From sequence record MN091626.1: a stretch of DNA of 64,000 nt. One strand, written 5' to 3'. Of the stretch, positions 9,413 through 18,506 are shown piece by piece. The notes under the pieces were generated by a model. It was not told where the DNA came from, searched no databases, and saw only the letters and a list, made by a program, of their open reading frames with translations. The first letter of the stretch is position 1. The number at the start of each line of letters is the position of its first letter. A program made the translations under genes and the position numbers.

Positions 9413-10582
9413 ATGTCAAATTTAACTATGCAAGAAAAAGACTTAATTATGATTGAAAATAAGTATAATAGATTTTTAGATAAAAAGGAAAAGATAATGA
9501 ATAAAGAAACAGACTTTATTAAAATTGCATTTGAAGAATTAATGGACTTCATTGTACATTTTGGTCATAATAAATTCTTTAAATCAGACACAATATTTTA
9601 TAGAGATTATGATAGAATGTTAGAGAATTATAAAATAGAATTAAATAAAATATCTAAAGTGGAAGATGATTTAGTACTAACTTATTTAAATAAAATTATT
9701 AATGACACCGATAAAGATGAATTCTATGATGAAATGAAAAGAATTTCAGAAAGTTATAGTAAAGAAAAATTAGTCGTATCTATATCATATATAAAAGCTT
9801 TGGACTTCTATATACACATGATGCGAAATGAAGAATTAATGAGTGATATGGGATCTCTTACAGTTCATCCTTATGATTTTAATAAACGATTAATAAGTGA
9901 ATATAAAAAAGATAATATATTTTGGAAAAAACTAAGTGATGAAGAGAAGTCAAATGCAATTCAAATGTCTAATATATATTTTGAAGGTATTGAAAATAAA
10001 GAAATCGGTAGGTCTACTACGAAATATATAAATGGTGAAAAAGAAGGAACTGTATTTAATTTTAATATAAATACATTTCATAAATTTTTCGATCAATTTG
10101 TATCTTTGGATATAGCTTATACAGACGGTTTAATATTTAATTTAATGATGAACAGTAATATCAGTAAATATTATGAGAAATACTATAAAAAAACAGAACA
10201 TGATATCTTCAATACTAGTTATATTTCTGATAAATATGACTATGAAAACTTAGAAAAAGATAAATTTTTAAAAACTTTAAATCGTATAGATATGTTTTAT
10301 GATATAAATGTACCTTTATATATTTATAATAGTGAAGATTTATCAAATAAAAAATACTATAATTATCTAACTGCTATGAAGTCTTTTGCTTTAAATGATT
10401 TGGTTAATCGTTATTATGATTCTTATGAATATATAGAATATTTTAGCGAAGTTAATGTCAATGATTCTTTCACGTTAGATATGTTAAGTGACGATGATGA
10501 AAGTGAATCAAATTATTTTGAAGAATTGTTTAAAAAAATAAAGAAAGAAAATGAAGAAAGACAATGGTTACAAGCTTTTTAA
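9413..10582 (+). CDS. Hypothetical protein
   Basis: AGGAG SD; 389-aa ORF. Confidence 0.8.
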   Translation: MSNLTMQEKDLIMIENKYNRFLDKKEKIMNKETDFIKIAFEELMDFIVHFGHNKFFKSDTIFYRDYDRMLENYKIELNKISKVEDDLVLTYLNKIINDTDKDEFYDEMKRISESYSKEKLVVSISYIKALDFYIHMMRNEELMSDMGSLTVHPYDFNKRLISEYKKDNIFWKKLSDEEKSNAIQMSNIYFEGIENKEIGRSTTKYINGEKEGTVFNFNINTFHKFFDQFVSLDIAYTDGLIFNLMMNSNISKYYEKYYKKTEHDIFNTSYISDKYDYENLEKDKFLKTLNRIDMFYDINVPLYIYNSEDLSNKKYYNYLTAMKSFALNDLVNRYYDSYEYIEYFSEVNVNDSFTLDMLSDDDESESNYFEELFKKIKKENEERQWLQAF

Positions 10583-10612
10583 AATTTATTTAAAGAGAAG
10601 AGGAGACAATTT

Positions 10613-10816
10613 ATGATATTTTTAATTGGTATATTAGTCATTATTTTAATTTGGTTGGAAATAATATCATTTTCTTTATTTATATCAAGTCTGATAAGTT
10701 TACCATTTTCAATATTTGACACAGGAACAAGTGATTTTATTAAAGAAGATATAATAACAGCGTTTCTATCAGGTTTATCTACCGTCATAATCTTTTTCAT
10801 ATTATCATCGTTCTAA
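10613..10816 (+). CDS. Small 2-TM membrane protein
   Basis: GAGGAG SD; hydrophobic helices. Confidence 0.7.
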   Translation: MIFLIGILVIILIWLEIISFSLFISSLISLPFSIFDTGTSDFIKEDIITAFLSGLSTVIIFFILSSF

Positions 10817-10834
10817 TAAAAAGGAGAGAACATT

Positions 10835-11062
10835 ATGTTTGCTTTATTGGGAATATTAGCAATAATATTTTTATTATTAATATTTATAGGTTTACCTTTA
10901 TTTGTCATGGGAGTAGCTTGCATATTTATGTCACTTTATGAAATCTTTGTAGAAAAAGAAAAAGATATTGATATGCTACTGACATCAACTTATATAACTC
11001 TCGGTTCATCAATGGCATTAGGTTTAGCTATCTTTATATCATTTTGTGTTGAAAGCATGTAA
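10835..11062 (+). CDS. Small 2-TM membrane protein
   Basis: AAGGAG SD; hydrophobic helices. Confidence 0.7.
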   Translation: MFALLGILAIIFLLLIFIGLPLFVMGVACIFMSLYEIFVEKEKDIDMLLTSTYITLGSSMALGLAIFISFCVESM

Positions 11063-11089
11063 TCATTTAAAATAAAAAGGAGAAATATT

Positions 11090-13081
11090 ATGTTAAAATT
11101 TAATGAAATTAATGAAAGTAATTTAGATGACGTACAAAAATATTTAGAGGAGCAATCTTATGTATATTATAATACATCAGATCAACCAGAATTAACTGAT
11201 GAAGAATTTGACAAACTATTAAGAGAATATGAAAAGTTCCGTCCATTTAATGGCGGTGCTTTACCTTCTAAAGGTAAAAAATTAGTAGATGTTTCACATG
11301 AATATCCTGAATTAGTAGGAACAGTTTCTAAGGTTAATTCAGTTGAAGAATTAGCTGAATGGATTGAAGAAAAAGGATTAATTAATAGAGAATTATTAAT
11401 TACACAGAAATATGATGGTAATTCAGTATTAGTCATTTTAACTACTAAAGGAGATTATTTAGTAACTAAATCAGCATTAACTAGAGGTAAAGATGGTAAA
11501 GGTGCTGACTTAACTGACTTCTTCAGTCATATTAAAATTAAAAAATCAGATGTAAATATTAATGCAGTCGATTTATCTGAAGATGATATTGATATCGCTA
11601 TTAAGTGTGAAGCAGTAATGAGTTATAGTAACTTTAATAAGATTGATGAAGAGTATGCTAACCCTAGATCAATCGTTGCAGGATTATTAAACTCAGATGA
11701 TGGATATAAGAAACGTAAGTTAATTAATTTATTACCATTGAGAATCAATATTAGTAATAAAGAATTAACTCGACAAGAAGAATTGAATTTAATTTCAGCA
11801 ATTACTAGTCATAGTACTGTATTTGATCAACTTGATCCACAGTATAATTTTGTTATGGAAGATGAACACGATTATAAAGACTTTAATGAATTATATCATC
11901 AAATAGCTGATGAAAGAGAGTATTATGAATACATGATTGATGGATTAGTTATTGAAGCTCTTGATGAAGATGATAGAAATCGTTTAGGCAGATTAAATGA
12001 TCGTAATAAGTTTGATGTAGCATTGAAATTCCCATATATGACTAAAAAGACTAATGTTATTGATATTGAATTTGATGTATCTGAGAACGGAACTGGACGT
12101 TACACACCTGTAGTTAGATTTGAACCTATTTATTTTAATGGTGCTAAATGTGAAAGAGTTTCTATTTCTAACTATAAACGTTTTAAAGAACTTCAATTAG
12201 TTAAAGGACAAGAAGTTATTATTGAATATCGTAATGATGTTTTGAGTTATTTAACTCCATCTCCTACTAACGAAATTACTGGAGAACCTATACCGTTCAT
12301 TAAAGAGTGTGTATACTGTGGTGAAGAACTTGAAGTTAATGAAAATGAAACATTTGTATCATGTATTAATAACGATTGTGAATGTAGAGTATTAGGTATT
12401 ATTAACAACTATGTAGATAAAATGAGTATTAAAGGAATTGAATATTCTACTATTAATAAGCTTTATAAAGGTAACAAACTACCTAACGGAATCCAAAGTT
12501 TATATGAAATTGATAAAAACGATATTATGCAAGTAGATACTTTTAAAGAAAAATCAGCTCAGAATATTATTAATACAATTCATAAAAATAAAGAATATTA
12601 TGACTATGATGTATTAGGTTCATTAGGATTAAATGGAGTTGGAAGAACTACATTTAAATTAGTTACTAAAGTCTATGATCCACAAGAAATAGATTATACA
12701 GATTTAAGTATTAAAGATTTAACTTCTATTAAAGGAATCGCTGATATTACTGCTGAGATTATTATTAATGGTTATAAACAGAATAAAGATTTAATTGAAT
12801 TCTTATTTAATGAATTGGATGTTAAATCACTTAAAAAAGAAATGGAAGCTAATAAAGATGATTCAGTTGAGCCAATGAATATTGTATTTAGTGGATTTAG
12901 AGATGCTGAATTTAAAGAACAGTTAGAACTTAAAGGTCATAAAGTAACTTCATCAGTTTCAGGTAAGACTGATTTATTAGTTACTCCAGATCCAAATTCA
13001 GGTTCATCTAAGATTAATAAAGCTAAAGAAAAAGGTATCAAGATCATTGATATTGAAAGTTCTAAAGGTGAGTTGTTATAA
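11090..13081 (+). CDS. ligA: NAD-dependent DNA ligase
   Basis: YY...P.LTDEEFD domain Ia, KYDG adenylation motif, DGLVI, ALKFP, OB fold TG..TPV, Zn finger C..C...C....C, HhH and C-terminal BRCT (VFSGFR, VSGKTDLLV). Confidence 0.95.
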   Translation: MLKFNEINESNLDDVQKYLEEQSYVYYNTSDQPELTDEEFDKLLREYEKFRPFNGGALPSKGKKLVDVSHEYPELVGTVSKVNSVEELAEWIEEKGLINRELLITQKYDGNSVLVILTTKGDYLVTKSALTRGKDGKGADLTDFFSHIKIKKSDVNINAVDLSEDDIDIAIKCEAVMSYSNFNKIDEEYANPRSIVAGLLNSDDGYKKRKLINLLPLRINISNKELTRQEELNLISAITSHSTVFDQLDPQYNFVMEDEHDYKDFNELYHQIADEREYYEYMIDGLVIEALDEDDRNRLGRLNDRNKFDVALKFPYMTKKTNVIDIEFDVSENGTGRYTPVVRFEPIYFNGAKCERVSISNYKRFKELQLVKGQEVIIEYRNDVLSYLTPSPTNEITGEPIPFIKECVYCGEELEVNENETFVSCINNDCECRVLGIINNYVDKMSIKGIEYSTINKLYKGNKLPNGIQSLYEIDKNDIMQVDTFKEKSAQNIINTIHKNKEYYDYDVLGSLGLNGVGRTTFKLVTKVYDPQEIDYTDLSIKDLTSIKGIADITAEIIINGYKQNKDLIEFLFNELDVKSLKKEMEANKDDSVEPMNIVFSGFRDAEFKEQLELKGHKVTSSVSGKTDLLVTPDPNSGSSKINKAKEKGIKIIDIESSKGELL

Positions 13082-13528
13082 ATGAAATATTATAAGGTTA
13101 ATTATAATGGTATATTGAAAATATTGAATCTAGATGATTTTGAAGATGATAGAATTATTGAAACACTTAGTAATATTGAGTTATATTTAAAAGAAGATGA
13201 AGAAATTAGATTATTGGATTTATTTAAAAAGCCAACTATAGCAATGGACACTCGAATTACAAAAGAAAAAGATAACCTTTATATGAATGGTCATCTCTTT
13301 TTAGAAGTTGAGAATGCATCATGTAAACTATGGAGTTACCATATTAATTTAAATGGTGACGAAACATTAAATGAAATATATGAAAGGATATATAACGGAT
13401 ATGATAAAAATTTCTCTTTTAATAAAATGAGAGAAGATGGTCTATTATTTCTATATGAATATGAACATTATACAGAAATATCTGAAAAAGAATATAAAGA
13501 AAATAAAGTTAAAGAAAATTTTAAATAA
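13082..13528 (+). CDS. MKYY..KEY..VKENFK family protein
   Basis: Starts MKYYKVN, ends ISEKEYKENKVKENFK. Confidence 0.85.
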   Translation: MKYYKVNYNGILKILNLDDFEDDRIIETLSNIELYLKEDEEIRLLDLFKKPTIAMDTRITKEKDNLYMNGHLFLEVENASCKLWSYHINLNGDETLNEIYERIYNGYDKNFSFNKMREDGLLFLYEYEHYTEISEKEYKENKVKENFK

Positions 13529-14004
13529 AAAAGGAGATTTTAAATTATGAAATATTACAAACTAACAGACAGAGGTATTGCGGATATATTTAATATTGGT
13601 GGAATGGATTATGAATTTATGGATTTCTATGAGGACAATAATCACATATTCAGAAATGAAAGTCTTTATCTAAGAGAGGATGAAGTAATACCTCTCTTCA
13701 GTATTATTGAATATGATGTTACTAAAGAATGTGTAATAACTAAAGAAGAAGGCAAATTAGTCGCAAAAGGTAAAACTAAAATAGACGTAGAAGATGGGTA
13801 TGCTGATTTAATTTCCATTGATTTAGATTTTAATGAAGATAATACAAGTTTAAGCGATTTATATAAACAGTTAGAAGAGTACTGTGAAAATGAAAAATTT
13901 GTAGTGAAAGATCGTATAGAAAAACTTTTCGAGGGTTCTGATTATAAAGTTGTCACTGAAAAAGAATATAAAGAAAATAAAGTTAAAGAAAATTTTAAAT
14001 AAAA
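13482..14004 (+). repeat. Two identical 49-nt copies (13482-13530 and 13956-14004) spanning gene 3' ends
   Basis: CTGAAAAAGAATATAAAGAAAATAAAGTTAAAGAAAATTTTAAATAAAA at both sites. Confidence 0.85.
13547..14002 (+). CDS. MKYY..KEY..VKENFK family protein
   Basis: Starts MKYYKLT, ends VTEKEYKENKVKENFK. Confidence 0.85.
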   Translation: MKYYKLTDRGIADIFNIGGMDYEFMDFYEDNNHIFRNESLYLREDEVIPLFSIIEYDVTKECVITKEEGKLVAKGKTKIDVEDGYADLISIDLDFNEDNTSLSDLYKQLEEYCENEKFVVKDRIEKLFEGSDYKVVTEKEYKENKVKENFK

Positions 14005-14018
14005 GGAGGTATTAAATT

Positions 14019-14477
14019 ATGAAATATTATGAATTTAATAAAAAGGGAATTATTAAAATATTAGGATTGGACACAGCTTATTTAAAAGAAGATGAAGATA
14101 TTTTTAGAGAAGGAAATCTTTATTTAAAAGAAAATGAATCAATAAAGATAAAAGATATTATAACAAATAAAAAAGATATGGAGTTTAATTGCAGTATTTA
14201 TGAAGGGTCTGAAGATAACTCATTAATGAAAGCTAATTTAACTTTCAGACATGGATCGGGACAACTTTTATTGAATATTGAATATATTGATTTAAAAGAA
14301 ATAAAAGATCGCACTGTTGAAGAAGTTTACAAATACGCTAAAGATTTAGTTTTAAATAAAACATTTTCTTTTAATAAAGCTGAAGAGCTTGGTATATGTT
14401 TATATGAAGGAAAAGAATATGAAGAAATTACTGAGGAAGAATATAAAAAATACAAAGTAGAAAATACTTTTAAATAA
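14019..14477 (+). CDS. C-terminal-tag family protein
   Basis: MKYYEFN ... ITEEEYKKYKVENTFK. Confidence 0.85.
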   Translation: MKYYEFNKKGIIKILGLDTAYLKEDEDIFREGNLYLKENESIKIKDIITNKKDMEFNCSIYEGSEDNSLMKANLTFRHGSGQLLLNIEYIDLKEIKDRTVEEVYKYAKDLVLNKTFSFNKAEELGICLYEGKEYEEITEEEYKKYKVENTFK

Positions 14478-14497
14478 TGGAATGAGTTGTTATTGTT

Positions 14498-14947
14498 ATG
14501 GAAAAATATTATAAATTAACAGCGGAAGGTATATTTGATGTTTTCAAATTAGATAAAAAACACATTATATTCCCAGAAGATAAAAATACAATAATAGATT
14601 TCAGATCAAAGGAAGAACGTATAGAGAAAATTAATGAACTTATATACTTTAAAGATAATCAAGAAATAACAATAAACTCATTATCTAATTTAACAGACAA
14701 TATCGTAATAGATAAATCAGGTTCTAAATATACATTTAACCATTTAATAGAAATATCATTCACTACTTTTAGTCATAAAAAAAGATATAACAAAACAATC
14801 AATGTACCGAATGTATTTAAAGGAACTGTAAGAGAAAATAGTAGTAGAAGTGCCTTAGATATACCGATAGATATCAACAATATTGATAAAATAGAATTAA
14901 CATTTAAAGAATATAGAGATCTAGTAATAAAAGAAACTTTTAAATAA
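14498..14947 (+). CDS. C-terminal-tag family protein
   Basis: MEKYYKLT ... LTFKEYRDLVIKETFK. Confidence 0.8.
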   Translation: MEKYYKLTAEGIFDVFKLDKKHIIFPEDKNTIIDFRSKEERIEKINELIYFKDNQEITINSLSNLTDNIVIDKSGSKYTFNHLIEISFTTFSHKKRYNKTINVPNVFKGTVRENSSRSALDIPIDINNIDKIELTFKEYRDLVIKETFK

Positions 14948-14963
14948 TAAGGAGATTTTATAA

Positions 14964-15413
14964 TTGAAATATTATAAATTAAATAAGGATGGTTATATTA
15001 AATTTTTAGGGTTAGATGTTTTGCCTGGACTTAAAACCTCAATTGTTGAAAAAGAAATAAAAAATAAAAACTTCATTGTCAAATATTGCAATGGAGCAGA
15101 TTTTTGTTTTACATTAGATGAAATTAATAAAATGAAAAACAAAGATATTTACCCTAAACTTGGATTTGAAAGTCTAACTGAAAAAGTTAATCATGAAATA
15201 GAAAATAATCCAATAGTATTTGTTAATAGAAAATATGAAGATGCTAAAGCTTTAATTCATGTAGATTTAATTATTAATAATGAAGAAACTACATTAATGA
15301 CTATGCCAAGATTTAATATTAATTTTTTAAATCATAATTTGTATATGGAACACTTTGATGAAATAACAGAGAAACAGTATAAAAATATTATGGTAAAAGA
15401 TTCATTTAAGTAA
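14964..15413 (+). CDS. C-terminal-tag family protein (TTG start)
   Basis: MKYYKLN ... ITEKQYKNIMVKDSFK. Confidence 0.85.
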   Translation: MKYYKLNKDGYIKFLGLDVLPGLKTSIVEKEIKNKNFIVKYCNGADFCFTLDEINKMKNKDIYPKLGFESLTEKVNHEIENNPIVFVNRKYEDAKALIHVDLIINNEETTLMTMPRFNINFLNHNLYMEHFDEITEKQYKNIMVKDSFK

Positions 15414-15422
15414 AACTCAATT

Positions 15423-15473
15423 TAAATATATATTATAAAATTGTGAAAGATGTATGATACTTATACATCTTTC
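15423..15473 (+). promoter_or_regulatory. Early-type promoter plus leader hairpin
   Basis: TAAATATATATTATAA then GAAAGATGTAT/ATACATCTTTC. Confidence 0.7.
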
Positions 15474-15495
15474 TAAAATATTTATTTAAAGAGAG

Positions 15496-15924
15496 GTGAA
15501 AAAGATAATGAGTTCTAATTTTGATTATTATATATTGCAATCGAGTATTTCAGAAGCTAGAAAAAAGATTAAGAATAATCTAGATGTAAATGGATATATG
15601 GTTATAAGACAAATATTTTTCAGTCATTTAGATTATAAAGATTATTATAATATGTATCATAAAGTAAATAATGTAGAAGATTATTACAATGATATTATAT
15701 TAGAAAGTATTAAGGATATTATATTTGATGAAGAAGGTAAACTTAATGAAGAAGTAGCATTTAGTTTAATTAAAGGTTCTAATTCGAATATATGTGCTTT
15801 AATTAAAGATAATAAAGGTAATTACAAAATTTATAAAAAAGATAAATATGTAATTAAAGCTATAGAAGATTTATTATCTGAGAAAGATTATAAAAGAATA
15901 TTGGTTAAAAATACTTTTAAATAA
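15496..15924 (+). CDS. C-terminal-tag family protein
   Basis: Ends LSEKDYKRILVKNTFK. Confidence 0.8.
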   Translation: MKKIMSSNFDYYILQSSISEARKKIKNNLDVNGYMVIRQIFFSHLDYKDYYNMYHKVNNVEDYYNDIILESIKDIIFDEEGKLNEEVAFSLIKGSNSNICALIKDNKGNYKIYKKDKYVIKAIEDLLSEKDYKRILVKNTFK

Positions 15925-15969
15925 TTTGAAAGTGGATGCAACTTACTTTTATTATATTACAAGTGAGAG

Positions 15970-16635
15970 TTGGTGATTTTATTGATAAAAATGCATTTAA
16001 TAAACTTTCAAAAAAGGTCTATGAATAGTTATAAGAAGAATTTAAACACAATTGTACTTTTCATAGATTATGATAAAAATATTTTCAACCAAATTAATAA
16101 TCAATTAGATATAGATGTATTAGGTAATGATACTATAAGATTAAATAATGCTAATTATTCATTAATGTTAGATGAGAAGATTTTTAGTTCTGAAAGGACA
16201 ACAATTGATTTCTATAATAAAATAGTAAATAATGATATATTAAATATTATTAAAGAAAATATATCTAATGTAGATAATTATTCTAAATTAAAAGAAATCA
16301 ATAATATGACTGATAGTGAATTTAATGATATTATTAATAAAGATAATTTATTTAAATGTCAAAATAAATACTTCAGTATGAATAAAATACCTTATATAGA
16401 AAAAGAAATACCTGAAAGTTTTTATCTAGATCATTTTAAAGAGATTAATTTAGATTTTATATTTGAGAAGCTTTTTGAAGAGAATAGAGAAGATGAAGAA
16501 AAATTAAAGTACGTTTATACTTTAGCTGAATTATTTCTAACACTCAAACAAGGTAAGAATATATTTTATAATTATAATAAAGAGGTAGATAAGAAATATT
16601 ATAGATCTATATTTATAAATTCTTTATTTAATTAA
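15970..16635 (+). CDS. Hypothetical protein, divergent C-terminal tag
   Basis: Ends VDKKYYRSIFINSLFN; start uncertain. Confidence 0.7.
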   Translation: MVILLIKMHLINFQKRSMNSYKKNLNTIVLFIDYDKNIFNQINNQLDIDVLGNDTIRLNNANYSLMLDEKIFSSERTTIDFYNKIVNNDILNIIKENISNVDNYSKLKEINNMTDSEFNDIINKDNLFKCQNKYFSMNKIPYIEKEIPESFYLDHFKEINLDFIFEKLFEENREDEEKLKYVYTLAELFLTLKQGKNIFYNYNKEVDKKYYRSIFINSLFN

Positions 16636-16660
16636 TATGATAAGAAAGGAGAGAAATAAT

Positions 16661-16954
16661 ATGAAGAAAATATACGGATTTAAAATAAAATATAATAAAA
16701 AAGTGGTAGATACTTTCACTTTTGAAAGTTTTGAAGAAGCTATGAATAAACTAGAATTATCATTATTAGAAATTTATGACTCAGAAGATTTTACAACTAT
16801 GCAATTAATTTTAAACACATATGACATTGAAGAAATTAATGAAGATAGTTTTAAAGATAAATTAAGACTAAATCATCTTAATCACATTAAGAATTTTAGT
16901 ATTGAATTGTTTTCTAAATATATTAACAATAATAAGGAAGAAGGAATTGCGTAA
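16661..16954 (+). CDS. Hypothetical protein (start re-called from 16637)
   Basis: AAGGAG SD before ATG 16661. Confidence 0.7.
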   Translation: MKKIYGFKIKYNKKVVDTFTFESFEEAMNKLELSLLEIYDSEDFTTMQLILNTYDIEEINEDSFKDKLRLNHLNHIKNFSIELFSKYINNNKEEGIA

Positions 16955-17169
16955 TGTTCGAGGAAAGTAAAGTACCATTTTCATTTATTTATAAAGAAAC
17001 TAAATACTTCTTACACAGAAGAAATATTAAGAATTTCCCTAATGGAGATTCTGAATTCTTATTGTATGGAGATGAAAATGGGAAGTCATTCATAATAGAA
17101 GAAAGTAAATTAGAAAACTTAATTGAACAACATGAAGTTGAAGTATCTTACGAAGAAGATATTATTTAA
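16954..17169 (+). CDS. Hypothetical protein
   Basis: TAATG-coupled to upstream gene, GGAAG SD. Confidence 0.65.
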   Translation: MFEESKVPFSFIYKETKYFLHRRNIKNFPNGDSEFLLYGDENGKSFIIEESKLENLIEQHEVEVSYEEDII

Positions 17170-17217
17170 ATATATATTATTAAATTGAGGTAATGACATA
17201 TTATTTGTCATTACCTC
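17167..17217 (+). promoter_or_regulatory. Early-type promoter plus 12-bp leader hairpin
   Basis: TAAATATATATTATTAA then GAGGTAATGACA/TGTCATTACCTC. Confidence 0.7.
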
Positions 17218-17250
17218 TAATATATTAAACAATCAAAGGAGAAAACAATC

Positions 17251-17634
17251 ATGAAGAAATTTTTAGTATTACCATTATTATTCGTTTTATTATTAACAGG
17301 GTGTTCTCAAGCTGATAAAGTTAGTCAGAATATGTCTGAAGAATCAGATAATTTTAATGTAGTTAGAAAAGTAACTGTCATTAATGCAATTAAGAATGAT
17401 ATAATATTCCAAATGTCTGGACGTATGTCTATTAAAGCAGACAAGGAAGACAATCAATTGGAGATAATTGTGGAAAATGAAGATGGTAAATATCAAAAAC
17501 ATATCATTGGTTTATCTGATAATGTTTCATATACTGTTGAAGATGTTACAACTAAGAATGTAAGTAAATATCAATATGAAATTAATTATAATCCTAAAAT
17601 GTGGATTCCTGCAAAACCAGATTATAAAGATTAA
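17251..17634 (+). CDS. Phage lipoprotein
   Basis: Signal peptide with lipobox LTGC; ADKVS.N.S.E.DNFNVVR and HIIGLSDNVSY pattern recalled from a widespread Firmicutes-phage lipoprotein family. Confidence 0.8.
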   Translation: MKKFLVLPLLFVLLLTGCSQADKVSQNMSEESDNFNVVRKVTVINAIKNDIIFQMSGRMSIKADKEDNQLEIIVENEDGKYQKHIIGLSDNVSYTVEDVTTKNVSKYQYEINYNPKMWIPAKPDYKD

Positions 17635-17659
17635 TATAATAGAATGGAGAGATTGATTT

Positions 17660-17968
17660 ATGTCTAAGAAAAAGAAATTAGAAAAAAGACTTAATGTAAG
17701 AATTAATCAAGAACAAAAGAAAGCTATTTTAAAACGTGAAGATATTGATAGAATGGATTTTGAGTTCATTACATTAGATAAAGAGAAACATGATGAAGAA
17801 GAAAAATTTGATATCAAAGTAAAATCTAACGATAAGTTTTCTCTAATTATCATTATTAAATTCTTTTCTAAATTGTTGAATTTTAGTATTAAAAGAGATA
17901 AGAAAAAAGAAAAAGTTAAAGAAGATATAAAAGATGATAATGAAGTTTCTAATTTAGATAAGAAATAA
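17660..17968 (+). CDS. Basic hypothetical protein, possible ribbon-helix-helix N-terminus
   Basis: KRLNVRINQEQKKAIL alternating strand then helix; weak. Confidence 0.55.
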   Translation: MSKKKKLEKRLNVRINQEQKKAILKREDIDRMDFEFITLDKEKHDEEEKFDIKVKSNDKFSLIIIIKFFSKLLNFSIKRDKKKEKVKEDIKDDNEVSNLDKK

Positions 17969-17974
17969 TAAAAA

Positions 17975-18007
17975 TGCCATAATACACAATTTAAGTGTAT
18001 TATGGCA
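17975..18007. terminator. Bidirectional terminator between convergent genes
   Basis: TGCCATAATACAC/GTGTATTATGGCA, A-run before and T-rich after. Confidence 0.75.
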
Positions 18008-18013
18008 AATTAT

Positions 18014-18316
18014 TTATTTTTCAGGTTTAAAACGGTCTTTAAGTCTAGGATATAGACGTAGATGTGCTTTACGAGTAGGATCTGTAACAACAATTTGATT
18101 TGTTCTAGGATTTCTACGTTTACGCATATCTTCAGGTTTAACTTCAAGGACACCAATTTCAGGAATAATAGTTTTAGTTTGATCAGCATCATTTGCAGAT
18201 TCAACAATTATTTCTATCATTTCATTATAAGCATCAACTAGTTCTCTTTGTGTTAATCCAGTACGTCTAGACCATTCTCTAAAGAAGTGTTTTTGATCTT
18301 GAATTTGATTTAGCAT
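18014..18316 (-). CDS. HU/IHF-like DNA-binding protein
   Basis: Helix-helix N-terminus, IPEIGVLEVK, arm motif RKRRNPRTNQIV, LYPRLKD. Confidence 0.85.
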   Translation of the reverse strand: MLNQIQDQKHFFREWSRRTGLTQRELVDAYNEMIEIIVESANDADQTKTIIPEIGVLEVKPEDMRKRRNPRTNQIVVTDPTRKAHLRLYPRLKDRFKPEK

Positions 18317-18376
18317 TTTATTATTTCCTTTCCATATAATATATTTTTAATTTTTTAGAAAATTGTTAATATTTTA

Positions 18377-18406
18377 CTAGCTTTTTTCTAAATTTTATGA
18401 TATAAT
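18377..18406 (+). promoter_or_regulatory. Promoter of RNAP beta-N/beta'-N operon, CTAGC-T6-N10-TGATATAAT
   Basis: Same sequence and spacing as 1794-1823. Confidence 0.55.
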
Positions 18407-18506
18407 ATTGTTATGGAATTTCATAGTTGTAAAAAAATAATTTTTTGCAATAACTTAAATTTTTATATGGTTTCGAATTTTTAATTATAAGGAGAGTCAG
18501 ATATCG

